DNA of 34,394 nucleotides. Origin: Microscillaceae bacterium. Its GTDB lineage: Bacteria; Bacteroidota; Bacteroidia; Cytophagales; Microscillaceae. How positions within the stretch are numbered: position 1 is the stretch's first letter; each line of letters opens with the position of its first letter. Below are positions 30,768 to 34,394 of this stretch, one piece after another. The stretch spans positions 1 through 34,394 of the forward strand of contig JAAUUB010000001.1 in NCBI GenBank assembly GCA_012031215.1, read 5' to 3'. Both the position numbers and the translations under genes were made by a program. The notes beneath the pieces are model-generated. The model was not told the origin of the DNA. It saw only the letters and a list, made by a program, of their open reading frames with translations, and did not search any database.

Positions 30768-33700
30768 ATGGCGGAAAAAAGATACTGGAAAGGCCTGGAA
30801 GAATATACAAACGAGGAGTCGTTTGTAAAAAATGCGGAACGTGAATTTTCGGAATTTGCCCCCGAAGATTTTGGTGAGAACCCTAATCGGCGTGATTTTC
30901 TGAAACTGATGGGTTTTAGTTTGGCAGCGGCTTCTCTGGCGGCCTGTGAGGCCCCGGTCAAGAAAGCCATACCATACCTCAACAAGCCCGAGGATTTAGA
31001 TCCGACTATTCCCAACTTCTATGCTTCTACCTATTTTGAAGGGGGAGACTATTGCAGCATCCTGGTTAAAACCCGCGAAGGCCGCCCTGTGAAAATAGAA
31101 GGCAATACGCTATCTCTTATATCAATGGGAGGAACTAGTGCCCGGGCCCAGGCCTCAGTGCTTGACCTCTATGATGAAACCCGCTACCGGGCTTTTGTGC
31201 GCAAAGATGGAAAATTGCCCGAGGAGCCTGAGGCGATTGTAAAGCAAAATGCGGCCATTGACAAAGAAATTATGGACAAGTTGGCCTCGGCCCGTAACAT
31301 ACGCCTGGTTACGCCCACCATCATTAGTCCTTCCACCCGACAGGCCATCCAGGATTTCATTAAAAAATATCCGCAAGCCCAGCACATACAGTACGATGCT
31401 TTGTCGGCCAGCAGTCTGTTGGAAGCCAATCAGGAGTCATTTGGCAAAGCAGTATTATCCACCTATGATTTTGGCAAGGCCAAAGTAATTGTGAGTATTG
31501 GGGCCGATTTTCTGGGTACTTGGCTTTCTCCAACGGAGTTCTCCCGTCAGTATGCCCGCAACCGTAAAGTTGCCAAACAAAAGCGGGAGATGAATCGCCA
31601 CTATCAATTTGAATCTGTTTTGACCTTGACGGGTGCAAATGCCGATTATCGTACCCCAATCAAGCCTTCCCAAGAAGCTCTTTTGGTGGCTTCTCTCTAT
31701 AAAAAAGTTACAGGCAGCGATAAATTTGGCGATGCCAAAATAGAGGCAATGCTGGAAAAAGCGGCCAAAGAACTCAAAGCCCAGCGAGGTAAATCGCTGG
31801 TAGTGTCGGGCTCAAGAGACAAGTCGGTGCAGATTTTGGTCAATGCCATTAATGAAGCCCTGGGTAACTACGGAAACAGTTTGAACCTTGATACGCCTAC
31901 CCTTACTTTCCAGGCCCTGGATGCCCCTATGAACGGTTTTGTGGAGGAGGTGAAAGCGGGCCAGGTGGATGCCGTAGTATTTTATGGCGTAAATCCGGTA
32001 TATCATCACCCACGCGGCCAGGAATTGGAAAAAGCACTCAGTAAGGTAAAAACTAAAATTTCTTTTGCTTTTCAGCCCGATGAAACCGCTGTTTTATGCG
32101 ATTATGTTTGTCCTGACAACCATTATCTGGAATCTTGGGGAGATGCCGAGCCACGGCAGGGCCATTTTAGTTTGATACAACCAACCATTACCAATATTTA
32201 TAATACCCGCCAAGCCCAGGAGAGCCTGCTTACTTGGGCGGGTCAGGCGATGCCATTTTACGATTATGTGCGGGCCTATTGGCAAGCCAATTTGTTTCCG
32301 GCCCAATCAGAAATGTCTAGTTTTGATGATTTCTGGAAGTTATCTCTGCACAATGGCGTATTTCAGGCCTCAGGAGAAGCCAAGCCTGTTTCCGAAACTC
32401 CGGAGGAAGCCAACCAAGTAGAAGAGCTAGTGGAAGACGCGCCCAAAGGCACTTTCAAAGCAGATGTGAATAGGGCTTTGGCCGAAGTGGCTAAAAGATA
32501 TAAAGCCAACAGCAATGATTTAGAGCTTACTGTTTATACTAAGATATCCATTGGAGATGGCAGCCGGGCTAATAATCCCTGGCTACAGGAAATGCCCGAC
32601 CCTATCAGCAAAGCCTGCTGGGGCAATTACTTGGCTATCCCCCAATCGCTGGCCAAAGAGAAAAATCTTCGTCAGGACGATGTGGTAAAGGTATCGGCAA
32701 AAGGATTCACCTTTGAGTTGCCTGTATTGGTTCAGCCTGGGCAGGCGGTTGGTTCTGTTTCCGTAGCCTTGGGTTATGGCCGCAAGGTCGCGGGGAAAGT
32801 GGGCCAGGGTGTTGGGGTGAATATGTTTGGCGTGCTGAAAGAAGGTTTTCTGAGTGGAATCACTCTTGAAGCGACGGGCAAGCAGGACCGAATTGCCCAG
32901 ACACAAACCCACCATACTATTATGGGCCGGGACATTATTCAGGAATCCATTCTGAAAGAATACCAAAAAGATGAATATGCGGGCCGCCATATTCACAAAA
33001 TTGCAACCTACTCCGGTAAACGCTCTCCCACTGACATTACCTTGTGGAAGGGCCATTTTTATCCCAACCACTCTTGGGGCTTGGTTATAGACCTGAATTC
33101 TTGCTTAGGATGCGGGGCTTGCACCATTGCTTGTCAGGCCGAAAATAACGTGCCAGTTGTAGGTAAGAAAGAAGTGTTAATGAGCCGCGAAATGCACTGG
33201 ATTCGGATTGACCGCTACTATTCCAATCCGCCCGAAGTACAGGAAAAACTTGCCAGTGGCGAATACGATACTACTAACAGGCAGTTGGAAGAAGCGGCCG
33301 ATAATCCTGAGGTTACCTTCTTCCCAATGATGTGCCAGCATTGTAATAACGCGCCTTGCGAAACTGTTTGTCCGGTTTTGGCCACTACTCACAGCTCCGA
33401 AGGTTTAAATCAAATGACGTACAACCGTTGCATCGGAACGCGCTACTGTGCCAATAACTGCCCTTATAAAGTGCGTCGCTTCAATTGGTTCCATTATGCC
33501 GAAGATACTCGCTTTACGGAAGTAAACTACCATCAGACCACTGACTTAGGCCGGATGGTGCTAAACCCGGATGTAACGGTGCGCTCGCGTGGAGTGATGG
33601 AAAAATGCACGATGTGTGTGCAGCGTATTCAAGCGGGCAAATTGGAAGCCAAGAAAGAAAAACGCCCTGTGAAAGATGGTGAGATAACCACGGCTTGTGC

Positions 33701-33956
33701 CTCGGCTTGTCCTACGGAGGCCATTATTTTTGGCGATATGCGTGATTTGGAAAGCAATATTTCTAAAACACTCGGCATCCAAAAAGAAACTATCAAGGGC
33801 GAAGCGGGAGCAAAAGACAAAACAGAGTATAAAATTACCGAGCCGCGCGCCTATCACGTACTTGAAGAAATCAATGTCCAGCCGCAGATTGCCTACCTTA
33901 CCAAAATCCGTAATAAAGATGAAGGTAAAGGCGGCCACGGAAAAGGGCATGCTTAG
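30768..33956 (+). CDS. actB: Alternative complex III subunit ActB: molybdopterin-oxidoreductase-like domain fused to an Fe-S (4Fe-4S ferredoxin) domain, exported by Tat.
   Basis: 1062 aa. Twin-arginine signal NRRDFLKLMGFSLAAASLAAC. Large MopB-like region. C-terminal Cys clusters: CLGCGACTIACQAENN, CQHCNNAPCETVCP, CIGTRYCANNCPYKVRRFN, CTMCVQR, CASACPTEAIIFG. Lies 45 nt after actA. Confidence 0.85.
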   Translation: MAEKRYWKGLEEYTNEESFVKNAEREFSEFAPEDFGENPNRRDFLKLMGFSLAAASLAACEAPVKKAIPYLNKPEDLDPTIPNFYASTYFEGGDYCSILVKTREGRPVKIEGNTLSLISMGGTSARAQASVLDLYDETRYRAFVRKDGKLPEEPEAIVKQNAAIDKEIMDKLASARNIRLVTPTIISPSTRQAIQDFIKKYPQAQHIQYDALSASSLLEANQESFGKAVLSTYDFGKAKVIVSIGADFLGTWLSPTEFSRQYARNRKVAKQKREMNRHYQFESVLTLTGANADYRTPIKPSQEALLVASLYKKVTGSDKFGDAKIEAMLEKAAKELKAQRGKSLVVSGSRDKSVQILVNAINEALGNYGNSLNLDTPTLTFQALDAPMNGFVEEVKAGQVDAVVFYGVNPVYHHPRGQELEKALSKVKTKISFAFQPDETAVLCDYVCPDNHYLESWGDAEPRQGHFSLIQPTITNIYNTRQAQESLLTWAGQAMPFYDYVRAYWQANLFPAQSEMSSFDDFWKLSLHNGVFQASGEAKPVSETPEEANQVEELVEDAPKGTFKADVNRALAEVAKRYKANSNDLELTVYTKISIGDGSRANNPWLQEMPDPISKACWGNYLAIPQSLAKEKNLRQDDVVKVSAKGFTFELPVLVQPGQAVGSVSVALGYGRKVAGKVGQGVGVNMFGVLKEGFLSGITLEATGKQDRIAQTQTHHTIMGRDIIQESILKEYQKDEYAGRHIHKIATYSGKRSPTDITLWKGHFYPNHSWGLVIDLNSCLGCGACTIACQAENNVPVVGKKEVLMSREMHWIRIDRYYSNPPEVQEKLASGEYDTTNRQLEEAADNPEVTFFPMMCQHCNNAPCETVCPVLATTHSSEGLNQMTYNRCIGTRYCANNCPYKVRRFNWFHYAEDTRFTEVNYHQTTDLGRMVLNPDVTVRSRGVMEKCTMCVQRIQAGKLEAKKEKRPVKDGEITTACASACPTEAIIFGDMRDLESNISKTLGIQKETIKGEAGAKDKTEYKITEPRAYHVLEEINVQPQIAYLTKIRNKDEGKGGHGKGHA

Positions 33957-34000
33957 TTTAATTAAACAAAATTATTGGTTGAATCACTGACATTATCAAT

Positions 34001-34394
34001 ATGCAAGTTACTTCACCCGTTCGCGAGCCGCTTGTTTTGCGGCGCATTCATGAAGAAAAAGGTAAGCCCACTACTTATCACGATGTTACCAATGACATTT
34101 GCCGGCAGGTAGAAGCCGCTCCCAATATTCGTTGGATTATTGGAATGGCCATTTCGCTCATTGTGTTGGGCTGGGGCAGCTATACCCTTTATCGCACCTG
34201 GTTTTTCGGGATTGGCGAATGGGGTCTTAACAAAACGGTAGGTTGGGCCTGGGACATCACCAACTTTGTTTGGTGGGTAGGGATTGGCCACGCAGGTACT
34301 TTGATTTCGGCTATTCTGCTGCTTTTCCGGCAGAAATGGCGTACCTCTATTAACCGCGCCGCCGAGGCGATGACCATTTTTGCGGTTTTGTGCG
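34001..34394 (+). CDS. actC: Alternative complex III subunit ActC (NrfD/PsrC-family quinol-interacting membrane protein). 5' part only; continues beyond the window.
   Basis: ATG at 34001 opens a frame that runs to the window end. It encodes [19 protein letters not shown]..., then TM helices ([20 protein letters not shown]; [21 protein letters not shown]) typical of NrfD-family proteins. Starts 44 nt after actB. It is missing from the supplied ORF list because no stop is reached. Confidence 0.75.
   Translation, partial: MQVTSPVREPLVLRRIHEEKGKPTTYHDVTNDICRQVEAAPNIRWIIGMAISLIVLGWGSYTLYRTWFFGIGEWGLNKTVGWAWDITNFVWWVGIGHAGTLISAILLLFRQKWRTSINRAAEAMTIFAVLC

Overview
This 34.4 kb window looks like an ordinary chromosomal segment of a Bacteroidota genome (roughly 50% GC; Cytophagia/Saprospiria-like is a guess). 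The evidence for the phylum is the alternative complex III (act) operon, a TAnnTTTG -7 promoter motif, lipoprotein-rich membrane genes and the absence of Shine-Dalgarno sequences. I found no CRISPR array, transposase, integrase or recognisable defense island.

Gene order, with strand:
- TPR protein (+), window start to 1973.
- Class I SAM methyltransferase (-).
- Lon protease (-).
- OmpA/PD40 outer-membrane protein (+).
- gpmI (+).
- rpmI-rplT (+).
- Fatty-acid-hydroxylase/sterol-desaturase-like protein (+).
- Group II PLP decarboxylase (-).
- ispB-like polyprenyl synthase (+).
- A tight three-gene operon (+): small membrane protein, lipoprotein, S8 subtilisin.
- Di-heme cytochrome c peroxidase plus YbjQ (-).
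- A same-strand run (+): CorA, MoxR AAA+ ATPase, MscS channel fused to a cNMP-binding domain, TPR protein.
- Unknown 406-aa membrane protein with two winged-helix-like repeats (-).
- Baeyer-Villiger-type flavin monooxygenase (+).
- Stand-alone HNH endonuclease (+).
- rpsA (+).
- tRNA-Cys(GCA) (+).
- Start of an alternative complex III operon (+): an ActA that carries an extra N-terminal monoheme cytochrome c domain, the fused ActB, and the 5' end of ActC at the window edge.

The most striking technical observation is that at least 9-10 genes are interrupted by single-base frameshifts. Almost all sit in homopolymer runs, and both insertions and deletions occur. This points to sequencing/assembly error rather than pseudogenisation.

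I do not see a clear new system. The most plausible second-look candidates are the operons and membrane proteins of unknown function noted in the findings.
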